From contig CAZHOL010000001.1 in assembly GCA_964534415.1 (NCBI GenBank), forward strand, positions 1 through 44,400: DNA of 44,400 nucleotides, written 5' to 3'. Below, in pieces: positions 17,392-26,038 of the stretch. Origin of the DNA: an uncultured Candidatus Saccharibacteria bacterium (GTDB lineage: Bacteria > Patescibacteriota > Minisyncoccia > Phycocordibacterales > JAACPR01). The notes below the pieces were generated by a model. That model was given only the letters and a program-made list of their open reading frames with translations. It was not told the origin of the DNA and did no database searches. Made by a program: the position numbers and the translations under genes. Positions within the stretch are counted from its first letter, which is position 1. Every line of letters begins with the position of its first letter.

Positions 17392-19111
17392 TAAAAATAT
17401 CACAATAAAATGGAGATTGTATTTCATATTTGCAATTTTCGTTTTCATTGCTGTTATTATCGAAGCGCGCCTGTATTACCTGCAGATTGTAAAACACGAT
17501 GAATATGTAGATATTGCAGACAGACAATATTCGAAGGGGGTTAGAAAGCTGTTTGACCGCGGATCAATTTATTTTACTTCAAAAAACGATTCTGAAATTG
17601 CGGCCGCCACTTTGAAGATGGGGTACAATGTTGCAATAAATCCGAGCATCATTATGTCGCCCGAGGATGTGTACAACAATCTATCATTTGATTTAGAATT
17701 AAATGTCGAAGATTTTCTATCGCGCGCAGAAAAAGCAAATGACCCATATGAAGAGTTGGCAAAAAGAATAGAACCGGAATTAGGAGAAAAAATTAAAGAA
17801 AAGAAGTTGATGGGTGTCAGTGTTGAGAAAGAAAAATGGCGTTTCTATCCTGGAAAATCTCTCGCCTCACACGTTGTGGGCTTTTTGGCGTTTGATCAAG
17901 AGAATAAATACCGTGGCCAATATGGCTTGGAACGATATTATGATGAAACCCTCGATAGAACAGATGTGCAAGTCTTCAAAAACTTTTTTGTTGAGATATT
18001 TTCAAACTTGAAAAATATTATTGCTAGCGATAACACTAACAAGGGATCAATATATTTGACCATTGAGCCAGTGGCGCAAGGTTTCGTTGAGAGTGAGTTG
18101 GAAAATTTAAATAAAAAATATTCTCCGAAAAAAGTCGGCGCAATCGTCATGAATCCTATGAATGGTGAAATTACTGCAATGGCATTGAATCCGACGTTTG
18201 ATTTGAATGAATTTACAAAAGTTGAAAGCTCGACCGTATTTCAAAACAATTTGGTTGAAAGTGTTTATGAGCTCGGGTCAATTATGAAGCCTATCACGAT
18301 GGCCATTGGTCTCGATCAGGGCGTGGTGACTGCGGCATCGACCTATAATGACAAGGGCTCTATCACTATGGACGGCTATACATTTTCTAACTATGACAAA
18401 AAGGCGAGAGGGATAGTAAATATGCAGGAAGTTTTAAACCAGTCGTTGAATACTGGAGTTGCACACGTCGTTTCGTTGCTCGGCAAAACTTTCCCAGAAA
18501 AAATGAAAAATATTTTTGGAAACAAAACTGGAATCGATTTGCCAAATGAAGTTTCAAATATCATCAGAAATTTGGATAGTCATGTTGCAATTGAATATGC
18601 TACAGCATCATTCGGACAGGGTGTGGCCGTTAGTCCAATATCAATGGTTACTGCCCTATCAGCACTCGGAAATGGTGGGAAAATTGTTCAGCCCCATGTT
18701 GTGAAAAAAATTGAATATCAATCTGGATTTTTGAAAGAAGTTCCTGTGAGAGAGCCAGTGCAAATTTTCAAGAAGGAAACTTCAGAAGAAATTTCGAGAA
18801 TGTTGACGCGTGTCGTTGATGAAGCCTTGCGTAAAGGTGAAGTGGCTTTACCACAATACAGTATCGCAGCAAAAACCGGAACGGCGCAGATTCCGCAGCC
18901 AGGCGGCGGCTACTATTCTGACCGTTATCTGCACTCGTTTTTCGGATATTTCCCCTCATATGACCCCAAATTTATCGTATTTTTGTATATAATAGAGCCA
19001 AGGGGGGCAGAGTATGCTTCAGAAACTTTGACTGATAGTTTTATGAATATCACAAAGTTTTTGATCAACTATTACGAAATCCCACCTGACAGAGAGAGCG
19101 TAGTAAAATGA
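17384..19111 (+). CDS. ftsI: Division transpeptidase, PBP3/FtsI-like
   Basis: SxxK (GSIMKPI), SxN (NQSLNTG), KTG (AKTGTAQ), N-terminal TM segment, dcw position. Confidence 0.82.
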   Translation: MNSKNITIKWRLYFIFAIFVFIAVIIEARLYYLQIVKHDEYVDIADRQYSKGVRKLFDRGSIYFTSKNDSEIAAATLKMGYNVAINPSIIMSPEDVYNNLSFDLELNVEDFLSRAEKANDPYEELAKRIEPELGEKIKEKKLMGVSVEKEKWRFYPGKSLASHVVGFLAFDQENKYRGQYGLERYYDETLDRTDVQVFKNFFVEIFSNLKNIIASDNTNKGSIYLTIEPVAQGFVESELENLNKKYSPKKVGAIVMNPMNGEITAMALNPTFDLNEFTKVESSTVFQNNLVESVYELGSIMKPITMAIGLDQGVVTAASTYNDKGSITMDGYTFSNYDKKARGIVNMQEVLNQSLNTGVAHVVSLLGKTFPEKMKNIFGNKTGIDLPNEVSNIIRNLDSHVAIEYATASFGQGVAVSPISMVTALSALGNGGKIVQPHVVKKIEYQSGFLKEVPVREPVQIFKKETSEEISRMLTRVVDEALRKGEVALPQYSIAAKTGTAQIPQPGGGYYSDRYLHSFFGYFPSYDPKFIVFLYIIEPRGAEYASETLTDSFMNITKFLINYYEIPPDRESVVK

Positions 19112-20397
19112 CAATGAAAGATTTTCTTAAAAAAATCATAACAATAAAGATCGAGATTATTGCTCGGCTGTTGCTGTTGCGACATAGACCAAAGATTGTG
19201 ATGATTGTTGGCGCGACCGGAAAGACTATCACGAGAGATATGGTGTACGAGGCACTTCGCGACAAATTTTCTGTTAGAAAAAACTTTACCAGAAAAAATG
19301 ATTTGAATTCTATTTTGATGACAATTTTGGGTCGCGAAATTAATTTAGAAGAGATTTGGGATTCGATTCGTGTTTTGTTTTCATGTTTCCTACAGATATT
19401 TTCAAGCAATTATCCGAAATGGCTGGTGATGGAATTCGATGTCAGCCATCCAGGTGATATGAACGTTGCGAAATGGTTAAAGCCAAAAATCGCGATAATA
19501 ACAGCACTTGGTGATGTACCAAATCATGTCGAGTTTTTTGAATCTCCAGAGGAATTAATTGCAGAGCAGACAAAACTGGTTAAATATATTGATTCAGGTG
19601 GTGCGTTAATTTTGAATACTGATGATGAAGCGTCTCGAAAAGTTAAATCTAAATCAAGAGTGAAAGTCTACACTTGTGGGCTAGGTGAAATGGCAGACTT
19701 TATGGCTTCAAATAAATCGGTGGTGTATAACGAAATAAATGTGAATAGGCCTCCGATTGGAATTAACTTCAAACTAAATTATTACGGCAATACGGTGCCG
19801 GTTTCAATAGAAGGAGTGCTCGGCGATCAATACATATATTCCACGATGTTTGCGGTCGCAGTCGGCATGTCGGTTGGAGTTTCAATTGTTGATATCACAA
19901 AAAATATTTCGAGCTATCAGACTTCGCCCGGCCGGCTGAATTTAATCAGGGGAATGCATGCATCAACAATTATTGATGATTCGTATGACGCTTCACCTCT
20001 GGCTATGGCCAAAGCTTTGCGAACTTTATCGGCTTTGCATGTGCATGGTTTGAAAATTGCGGTTCTCGGTGACATGTTGGAGTTGGGGAGATTCTCGAAT
20101 AATGAGCACAAAAAGATTGGTGAGCTGGTGGCGAAATATAAGTTTGATAATTTGGTGACAGTTGGAATTCGCGCTGAGACAATTGCTGAATCTGCATACG
20201 GTGCCGGCGTGCACAAGAAAAAGATTTTTTGCTTCAAAAATAGCGAGCAGGCAATTGATGAAGTTAAAAAGCTGCTAAACAAGGAAAAGGGTAGTGCGAT
20301 TCTCGTAAGTGGCGCCAAGGAGATGGTGATGGAGAAATTAGTGGCAAGTATTGTTGATGTGAAGGTTGATTCTGAGAAAGTTTTGGTGAGAAGATAA
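19108..20397 (+). CDS. murF: UDP-MurNAc-tripeptide--D-Ala-D-Ala ligase
   Basis: Mur ligase P-loop VGATGKT, and DDSYDASP plus VLGDMLELG typical of MurF rather than MurE. ATGA coupling to ftsI. Confidence 0.8.
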   Translation: MTMKDFLKKIITIKIEIIARLLLLRHRPKIVMIVGATGKTITRDMVYEALRDKFSVRKNFTRKNDLNSILMTILGREINLEEIWDSIRVLFSCFLQIFSSNYPKWLVMEFDVSHPGDMNVAKWLKPKIAIITALGDVPNHVEFFESPEELIAEQTKLVKYIDSGGALILNTDDEASRKVKSKSRVKVYTCGLGEMADFMASNKSVVYNEINVNRPPIGINFKLNYYGNTVPVSIEGVLGDQYIYSTMFAVAVGMSVGVSIVDITKNISSYQTSPGRLNLIRGMHASTIIDDSYDASPLAMAKALRTLSALHVHGLKIAVLGDMLELGRFSNNEHKKIGELVAKYKFDNLVTVGIRAETIAESAYGAGVHKKKIFCFKNSEQAIDEVKKLLNKEKGSAILVSGAKEMVMEKLVASIVDVKVDSEKVLVRR

Positions 20398-20405
20398 TTC
20401 TGTTG

Positions 20406-20434
20406 TTGACAACATGTTTCGCAGAGTGTATCCT
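20406..20434 (+). promoter_or_regulatory. Putative promoter TTGACA-17-TATCCT
   Basis: TTGACA 20406-20411 and TATCCT 20429-20434, just after the murF stop. Confidence 0.5.
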
Positions 20435-20440
20435 CTTAGT

Positions 20441-20737
20441 TAATAAGGTTTACCACGGCAGTAACTGGCCGATGTCCTCTGGACATTTGTGGTACATAGA
20501 ACCATAACCTCATGTGCACGGCGAGTGCACAGTTACGAAAGGGTTCGAAGGTGGAAACAGAAATTCACGTTATGTTGTAAGCATTCTTGCTCAACTTCCA
20601 AGTGGGCGAGAATTAACTAACGACAGCAACATGATGTGACTGTGATGTGAGGGCGTCATCCCTTGCGATTTCCCCGAAATGGCAGCGCGCTTGAAGTTCT
20701 CCGGGTGACCGGTTTCTCAAGAAAGCGGGCCTTTTTT
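20441..20737 (+). ncRNA. Candidate structured RNA of unknown family (about 300 nt) upstream of tRNA-Glu
   Basis: No ORF. Nested helices 20447-20503, hairpin 20513-20531, 13-bp long-range helix 20565-20577 / 20627-20639, and a terminator-like stem 20709-20728 followed by T6 at 20732-20737. Confidence 0.5.
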
Positions 20738-20776
20738 ATTTCCCATTTCCAACAAATGTGATAATATCTTTGACAT

Positions 20777-20851
20777 GGCCCTATCGTCTAACGGCTAGGA
20801 CAGTGCCTTCTCAAGGCATAAATCGGGGTTCGATTCCCCGTAGGGTCACCA
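20777..20851 (+). tRNA. tRNA-Glu, anticodon CUC, CCA encoded
   Basis: Cloverleaf folded by hand: acceptor GGCCCTA/TAGGGTC, D stem GTCT/GGAC, anticodon stem GTGCC/GGCAT with loop TTCTCAA, T arm CGGGG-TTCGATT-CCCCG, discriminator A, then CCA. An extended -10 TGtGATAAT lies at 20757-20765. Confidence 0.9.
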
Positions 20852-20919
20852 TTGATCTGTACCCCAAAAAGTGGACACAGATTTTCATAAAAGTTCGCAA
20901 TTTGGTAAAATAGTTTCAT

Positions 20920-21642
20920 ATGAAAAGACAAAAAGGCTTTGCGAGTATTCTCGCTCTGTTATTAGTTCTACTTGTTATTGCTGGTGGCGTCTATTTTTAT
21001 CCTCAGGCTAATAAAGACGAATCAAACGATTCAAATGTCTTCGACGCCGTAGAAAAAGCAAAAGAGGTTGTTGATCGGGCTAATACCCGCTCTGCAGATT
21101 CGATGCAAAATAGTGATGATGAGCAAGAGGTGCGGGTAAAGACTTCTGGAATTAATATAGTTATTCCTGAAGGTGTAGCCGCTAACGATGTGAATGTCGG
21201 AGGCTATACAGGAATTAGATTTTCTTTAGGTCAAAATTATTGGAAGTATTTAGGTAATGACGGAATTGTTACCACCGGTCTTGTGGTTTCTGCGGGATTG
21301 GAAAGCAAAAATGATTCTTCGGGATATTTATGCTCAACTAAAAACTTTAGTAATAGAGACGAGGCGGATTCGAAAATTACGGCAATGATTGACGGTCAGA
21401 ATTTTATAAAATCCACAGGTAGTAATTATGGTATGAATCAGTTTCAGAATAGTGAGAGATATGTTCAGATGCTGAATGAAAATCAGTGTAGAGTTGTTAC
21501 TTTAAGCATAAATGGAGCTAATCCTGAGGCAATTAATTATAGTGAAAGGGAGAAAGAGGAAATAAAGAAAAATAATGAAGTCTTTACTAAATTACTTGAA
21601 ACTGAGAAAGCGAAGATACTTAAAGACATTACGATAGATTAA
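20920..21642 (+). CDS. Hypothetical exported protein with a pilin-like N-terminus lacking Glu5
   Basis: MKRQKGFASILALLLVLLVIAGG followed by a hydrophilic domain. No known motif. Confidence 0.7.
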   Translation: MKRQKGFASILALLLVLLVIAGGVYFYPQANKDESNDSNVFDAVEKAKEVVDRANTRSADSMQNSDDEQEVRVKTSGINIVIPEGVAANDVNVGGYTGIRFSLGQNYWKYLGNDGIVTTGLVVSAGLESKNDSSGYLCSTKNFSNRDEADSKITAMIDGQNFIKSTGSNYGMNQFQNSERYVQMLNENQCRVVTLSINGANPEAINYSEREKEEIKKNNEVFTKLLETEKAKILKDITID

Positions 21643-21677
21643 ACCATACTCAACAATATAAAGTCACCACAAACTTC

Positions 21678-21806
21678 ATGCATAAAATTCCAAACGACTT
21701 CAATCTATTATTGAAATCGAATAGAGACGTCTTGAAGCTTTGGGAAAAGTTACCGCCACTTGTGCGTAACGCAAACTTTTTTCATTTAAAGTATAAAATG
21801 ATATAA
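21678..21806 (+). pseudogene. Possible remnant of a YdeI/OmdA-like gene (42 codons)
   Basis: My translation is MHKIPNDFNLLLKSNRDVLKLWEKLPPLVRNANFFHLKYKMI. IPxDF...LWExLxPLxRN resembles the start of the C-terminal YdeI-type helical domain and then breaks off. It overlaps the next gene's promoter. Confidence 0.25.
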
Positions 21807-21813
21807 TCACTCA

Positions 21814-22071
21814 ATGGAAAAAATATCTCAACTCGAAGCAGAAATCGCCAAAATCAACGAAAGAAACCGCCGAGTCGAAATAGACAAAGCGTGGGAAGTT
21901 AGTTTAATTCGTCGCATCTCCATCATAATTTTGACATACATTGTTGCGGGATCTTGGTTGTGGGTGATTGATGAGAGTTATGTTCTTCTAAAGGCGGTCG
22001 TGCCAGTTCTCGGTTATTTGCTTTCAACTCTTTCTATTCCTCAGATAAAGAGAGTGTGGGTTAAAAAATGA
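21814..22071 (+). CDS. Hypothetical small membrane protein (coiled N-terminus plus 2 TM segments)
   Basis: 85 aa. TGaTATAAT at 21799-21807 lies 6 nt before the ATG with no SD, which is a leaderless-type arrangement. Confidence 0.65.
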   Translation: MEKISQLEAEIAKINERNRRVEIDKAWEVSLIRRISIIILTYIVAGSWLWVIDESYVLLKAVVPVLGYLLSTLSIPQIKRVWVKK

Positions 22072-22107
22072 AATACACTGACGAATTTAATTTCACGACC
22101 TATATTT

Positions 22108-22569
22108 CTAAGCGGTAATTTTTTGTCTAATGTATTTTTTAAATTCTAGCTTGTTTGTGAATAGAGGAATACTGTATTTTTGGCATACAATTTCTACATT
22201 TCCTTTTCTCCAGAAACCCTCTGGGCAACAGACAATTAGTTTTCCAGAACTTGCGTATAATCCCAACTCCAGCAATGATATCGGAGATTTTGTCGCCGGA
22301 TCAAAATACATTACAATATAATCTGAAATGTCTTGCGCGTTCAATTCCCATGTAACTTGTTCATAAAAATTTGGATTGTCGATACTCTGTTTCCATGAAC
22401 TGTCCCAATTATCTCGCCTTGGACTAAGAATGAGCACATCAGAATCATTTAACTCTCGTTCAAATTCTTGCTGCCAATTTTCTGCGATGCCCATCTCTAT
22501 GCTTCCAGCAAGAAATATAGTAACTTTTGATTCCTTAATTATTTTGTTTGGTGCTTTTATTATCTTCAT
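22108..22569 (-). CDS. Nucleoside 2-deoxyribosyltransferase-like protein
   Basis: VTIFLAGSIEMGIAENWQ, SPRRDNWDSSW, SPISLLELGL and CCPEGFWRKGNVEIV match my recollection of the Nuc_deoxyri_tr2-type family. Start taken at MKIIK (22569). Confidence 0.7.
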   Translation of the reverse strand: MKIIKAPNKIIKESKVTIFLAGSIEMGIAENWQQEFERELNDSDVLILSPRRDNWDSSWKQSIDNPNFYEQVTWELNAQDISDYIVMYFDPATKSPISLLELGLYASSGKLIVCCPEGFWRKGNVEIVCQKYSIPLFTNKLEFKKYIRQKITA

Positions 22570-22714
22570 GGTAATTATATTATAATATAACATCATATTA
22601 ATAAATGTTAAACTATATTAATGAATTGTGCATACTGTGAAATTGAAGACATAAAGAAACGTGAGATACTGGCGATGATTTGAATTACGAAAAGTTTTTT
22701 GTAATAATTAATGC

Positions 22715-23098
22715 ATGATTAGACTAATAGAAAACAATTTAACAGGGGAATTTAGAGGAGAAAAGCAAGAACAAATTCAAAAACGTCGTTCTGAATTAGA
22801 TGCAGACGGTAATTTAGAGAATGATGATTTGGAATCTTTGCTATATTATGAGTTTACAGAAGATGAGCTGAGTTTAGAAGAGCAGTTAACAATGCATTAC
22901 TTAAAACTTAAATCTAAAAAACCAAAGGAAGCAGATGTAATGTTAGAGGAACTAAGAGACGTTGGAGAATATGTTGCAACCAAGAATGGGAATGAAAAAA
23001 TTGTATTTTCTGATGATATAAATAAATTTTGTGAAGTTCTTTACAAATTTATGCCACATTTCAAAATCGTGCACGAAGGTAAAGAGTATAAGATGTAA
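22715..23098 (+). CDS. Hypothetical acidic protein
   Basis: 127 aa, rich in D/E, ending 2 nt before the Nudix gene start. No known motif. Confidence 0.6.
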   Translation: MIRLIENNLTGEFRGEKQEQIQKRRSELDADGNLENDDLESLLYYEFTEDELSLEEQLTMHYLKLKSKKPKEADVMLEELRDVGEYVATKNGNEKIVFSDDINKFCEVLYKFMPHFKIVHEGKEYKM

Positions 23099-23100
23099 AA

Positions 23101-23601
23101 ATGAACCTCACCTCCACCTACATCAATCGCGCCGGCGAAACTTTCCCTGTGAAATATTACGAAGGTATCGAACCAACAGAAAATCTGGAAGGGAAAGTTC
23201 TTCATTCGGTGCACGCATTTTGCTTTTACAATGGTAAAATGGTTTTGATTAATCATCGGGGTCGGGCGTGGCAACCGCCGGGAGGGCATATCGAGCCGGG
23301 TGAAAACTACACCGACGCCTGCATTCGCGAAGTTCACGAAGAAACCAATATGAAAGTTCTGCATCAGGAATTGATCGGCTTTCAAGATGTCTATGAGCCG
23401 AATCAAATCACTCGGCAAATTCGCATGTTTTGCATTGTCGAACCATATGGCCCATTCGTCTCCGACCCCGACGGCGACGTAACCGAAATTCGCCTAATTG
23501 ATCCCGCAGATGTCACGAAATACTTTAACTGGCGCGAGATAGGTGCGAGGGTGATGGAGAGGGCTTTGCAATTATTAAAATCTGCTATAATTCAAGAATG
23601 A
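23101..23601 (+). CDS. NUDIX hydrolase
   Basis: Nudix box GGHIEPGENYTDACIREVHEETN (GX5EX7REUXEEXG-like). Confidence 0.88.
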   Translation: MNLTSTYINRAGETFPVKYYEGIEPTENLEGKVLHSVHAFCFYNGKMVLINHRGRAWQPPGGHIEPGENYTDACIREVHEETNMKVLHQELIGFQDVYEPNQITRQIRMFCIVEPYGPFVSDPDGDVTEIRLIDPADVTKYFNWREIGARVMERALQLLKSAIIQE

Positions 23602-25541
23602 ACAAAAATCTGAAGTGGCTCGCGACGATCTCAATTTTTTTATTTATCTTACTTCCGATGCTCCGTGTTTCTGCGGAAAATTACAGATCATATTTCATAG
23701 ATACATTTTTTGCAACACTAAATGTCAATTTAGATAGCACTGTTGATGTTGAGGAAGTAATAAAATATGACTTCACTGGACAATATAACAAGGGTTGGCG
23801 TTCGATTTCTCATAAAGGTATTGGGGCCATTACGGATATTTACGTTTTAGATTCTGAAGGTCAGCCACTACAATATTCTCCTAACAGATTAGAAAAAACA
23901 GACCCTTCAAGCTGGGGCAAATTTACATATAGAAAAGAAAATGGTTACACGAACATCGAGTGGTACTATAATGAAAAAGATTCTTCACCGTCGTGGACGA
24001 TGGTCTATAAGGTGCATGGCCTAATTGGGTTCTACGAAAATCACGATGAAGTCTATTGGAATCTCTTCACTGCATATGAAGTCCCTGTAGTAAATATTGT
24101 TAGTAAAGTTGTTCTGCCAAACACTGCAAAGCATCTTCAAAACGCCTTCTATCGCACATACGCTTCCAGTGCGGCGCACAATTTCGATTTTGGTGAAAAT
24201 AACACCTTCATTTTCCGAGCCAATAACGCCATACCAAATGAAGCCTTAACTATCGCTCTTGGTTTCGAAAAAGGTGTCATTACTCCGTCGGCATATTGGA
24301 AAGATTTATTTTTGTTGAATCCAGGATTTATTGTGGGGGTACTTATCATTTTATTAATGATAGTTTTCCTATTTATTAATTATTACTTCAGAGAGTATCG
24401 TACGAAGCGCGATAAAGCAATTGTGGTCGAATTTGAAGCGCCAGAAAAGCTTCGTCCTACAGAGTTAGATTTGATTTACAAAGAGAGTTTTTCAAAGAAA
24501 ACATGGGCAGCAACAATTGTAGATTTGGCAGTTCGTGGCTATTTGAGAATTGAAGAGGTTCAAGGAAAAAAGATGCCTGTTTTTGTCAAAGTTATCAGTA
24601 CCGCTTTTGCGGCCTTTTGGATATTATTCCTTCTTGCTGTTGCGTATTCCTCTTTTGTTAATGGGCAATCATTTAACCTTGTTGCATTGGCACCATTAAT
24701 TATTATCATTGCCGTAGTGTACAAGCTCGTGTTTAAAAGTAAGAATGATTACGAGATTAGTCTCATCAAAGAGTATGCGGACGATGCCGAATTAAAGTTA
24801 TATGAAAAATCTTTTTTGACTGCCCTGTTGCCTGGTCACGGTACGTTTTCAACTAGACGAATGAAAAATTCTCCCAGTTTATCAAGAGAGCTATATATAA
24901 GAATGAAAAAGATTGAGGAAAATATGTTAAAACAATTTACATCTCAGAATCCTGGTGTCTATCAGAAATCTCTTACATTAAAGATCAAGAGAAAGATAGT
25001 GATGTATACTTCTATTGGATTCATTTTTGTTGCATTTTATTTTTTGTCTTCTTTGCTCGGTAGATCATATATATTTGATCAAGCAATGGTTTTCACAATA
25101 TGTTTTGTCTCGACAGTTTTATTATATTTATACTTCTACGTATACAACCCTCGTCTGTCAAAATCAGGAGAGGACCTTTGGCGAAAAATTGAGGGATATA
25201 GATTATATCTGAAAACCGCTGAAAGGTATCGTGCACAAAATCTTACCCCGGAGATATTTGAAAAGTTTCTCCCTTACGCCATTATTTTTGGAATTGAGAA
25301 AAAATGGGCTAAGAATTTTGAGTCAGTTGTTAAGGATAGTCCCAATTGGTATCATTCATCACCTTCAATCATTGGTGGATCATCTTTTGCATCTGGAAAT
25401 AGTTTTTCTATTTCTGGTTTTTCGACCTCATTTTCTTCAAGTTTCTCCTCGGCCTTTTCTTCTTCTGGTGGCGGAGGAGGTTCAGGCGGTGGTGGAGGAG
25501 GAGGGGGCGGTGGTGGAGGAGGTGGCGGGGGCGCCAGTTAA
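23598..25541 (+). CDS. DUF2207-like multi-pass membrane protein with a poly-Gly C-terminal tail
   Basis: Signal-like N-terminus, an extracytoplasmic domain of about 220 aa, several TM segments, and the C-terminal tail SSGGGGGSGGGGGGGGGGGGGGGGAS. This architecture is typical of DUF2207 as I recall it. ATGA coupling to the Nudix gene. Confidence 0.6.
   Translation: MNKNLKWLATISIFLFILLPMLRVSAENYRSYFIDTFFATLNVNLDSTVDVEEVIKYDFTGQYNKGWRSISHKGIGAITDIYVLDSEGQPLQYSPNRLEKTDPSSWGKFTYRKENGYTNIEWYYNEKDSSPSWTMVYKVHGLIGFYENHDEVYWNLFTAYEVPVVNIVSKVVLPNTAKHLQNAFYRTYASSAAHNFDFGENNTFIFRANNAIPNEALTIALGFEKGVITPSAYWKDLFLLNPGFIVGVLIILLMIVFLFINYYFREYRTKRDKAIVVEFEAPEKLRPTELDLIYKESFSKKTWAATIVDLAVRGYLRIEEVQGKKMPVFVKVISTAFAAFWILFLLAVAYSSFVNGQSFNLVALAPLIIIIAVVYKLVFKSKNDYEISLIKEYADDAELKLYEKSFLTALLPGHGTFSTRRMKNSPSLSRELYIRMKKIEENMLKQFTSQNPGVYQKSLTLKIKRKIVMYTSIGFIFVAFYFLSSLLGRSYIFDQAMVFTICFVSTVLLYLYFYVYNPRLSKSGEDLWRKIEGYRLYLKTAERYRAQNLTPEIFEKFLPYAIIFGIEKKWAKNFESVVKDSPNWYHSSPSIIGGSSFASGNSFSISGFSTSFSSSFSSAFSSSGGGGGSGGGGGGGGGGGGGGGGAS
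25467..25532 (+). repeat. GGN codon tract encoding 21 Gly and 1 Ser
   Basis: Read directly: ggt ggc gga gga ggt tca, then 16 consecutive GGN codons. Confidence 0.95.
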
Positions 25542-25584
25542 AATTTACAAAATCTGATATAATATTGGAGTTAATACTAAACAT

Positions 25585-25932
25585 ATGTCAACAACACCAA
25601 CAGCACAAGCATTAGAGCAATTAAAGCGTGAAATTGAGGCTACAAAGAGAGAACTGCAATCCAAACAAAACGAGCAAAAGAAAATTTCTGAAAAATTGCG
25701 AACAGTAGAGCGAGAGCATCAAAATTTTGAAAACAAATTGCGCGAAAAAGAAAGGGAGCTCGAAAAATTTAAATCAGAAGGGGCAAAAACTCAGACTGAA
25801 TTACTTGAGATTAATACAGAACAACAAAACATCGAACGCCAGATTTCAGCACTAGAAAAAGAATTATCTGACAGCACTCGCGAGATGGATAATATGGTTC
25901 GAGAGTTGCAGAAATTGGCTTCAAAAAAATAA
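25585..25932 (+). CDS. Hypothetical coiled-coil protein
   Basis: 115 aa, heptad-like and rich in E/K/Q/L throughout. Confidence 0.6.
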   Translation: MSTTPTAQALEQLKREIEATKRELQSKQNEQKKISEKLRTVEREHQNFENKLREKERELEKFKSEGAKTQTELLEINTEQQNIERQISALEKELSDSTREMDNMVRELQKLASKK

Positions 25933-25973
25933 TTTGCAAAGACGGCACTGTTGTGTTTTCGTGCTATTTTTTG

Positions 25974-26033
25974 TTGATAAAACACTCATCTGGTAATACA
26001 ATTTATTTAGAGGAACATTTTCAACCAAGGAGG
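25974..26033 (+). promoter_or_regulatory. Putative promoter TTGATA-17-TACAAT plus consensus SD AAGGAGG
   Basis: TTGATA 25974-25979, TACAAT 25997-26002, AAGGAGG 26027-26033 (5 nt before ATG 26039). Confidence 0.55.
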
Positions 26034-26038
26034 TTTAT

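Noticed and set aside
15345-20737. Assigning either structured RNA candidate to RNase P RNA, tmRNA, SRP RNA, 6S RNA or a common riboswitch.
   Set aside because: I could not find the conserved cores: GGAAAGUCC and ACAGAA..GGCUUA for RNase P, tRNA-like paired ends with a T-arm and CCA for tmRNA, and the GGAA-capped domain IV with AGCA for SRP. 6S has no sequence signature I can test by eye. The RNAs are left unassigned rather than guessed.
25467-25532. A GGN repeat as a CRISPR-like or other non-coding repeat array.
   Set aside because: It is in frame within the DUF2207-like gene and encodes the Gly tail. There is no repeat-spacer structure anywhere in the window.
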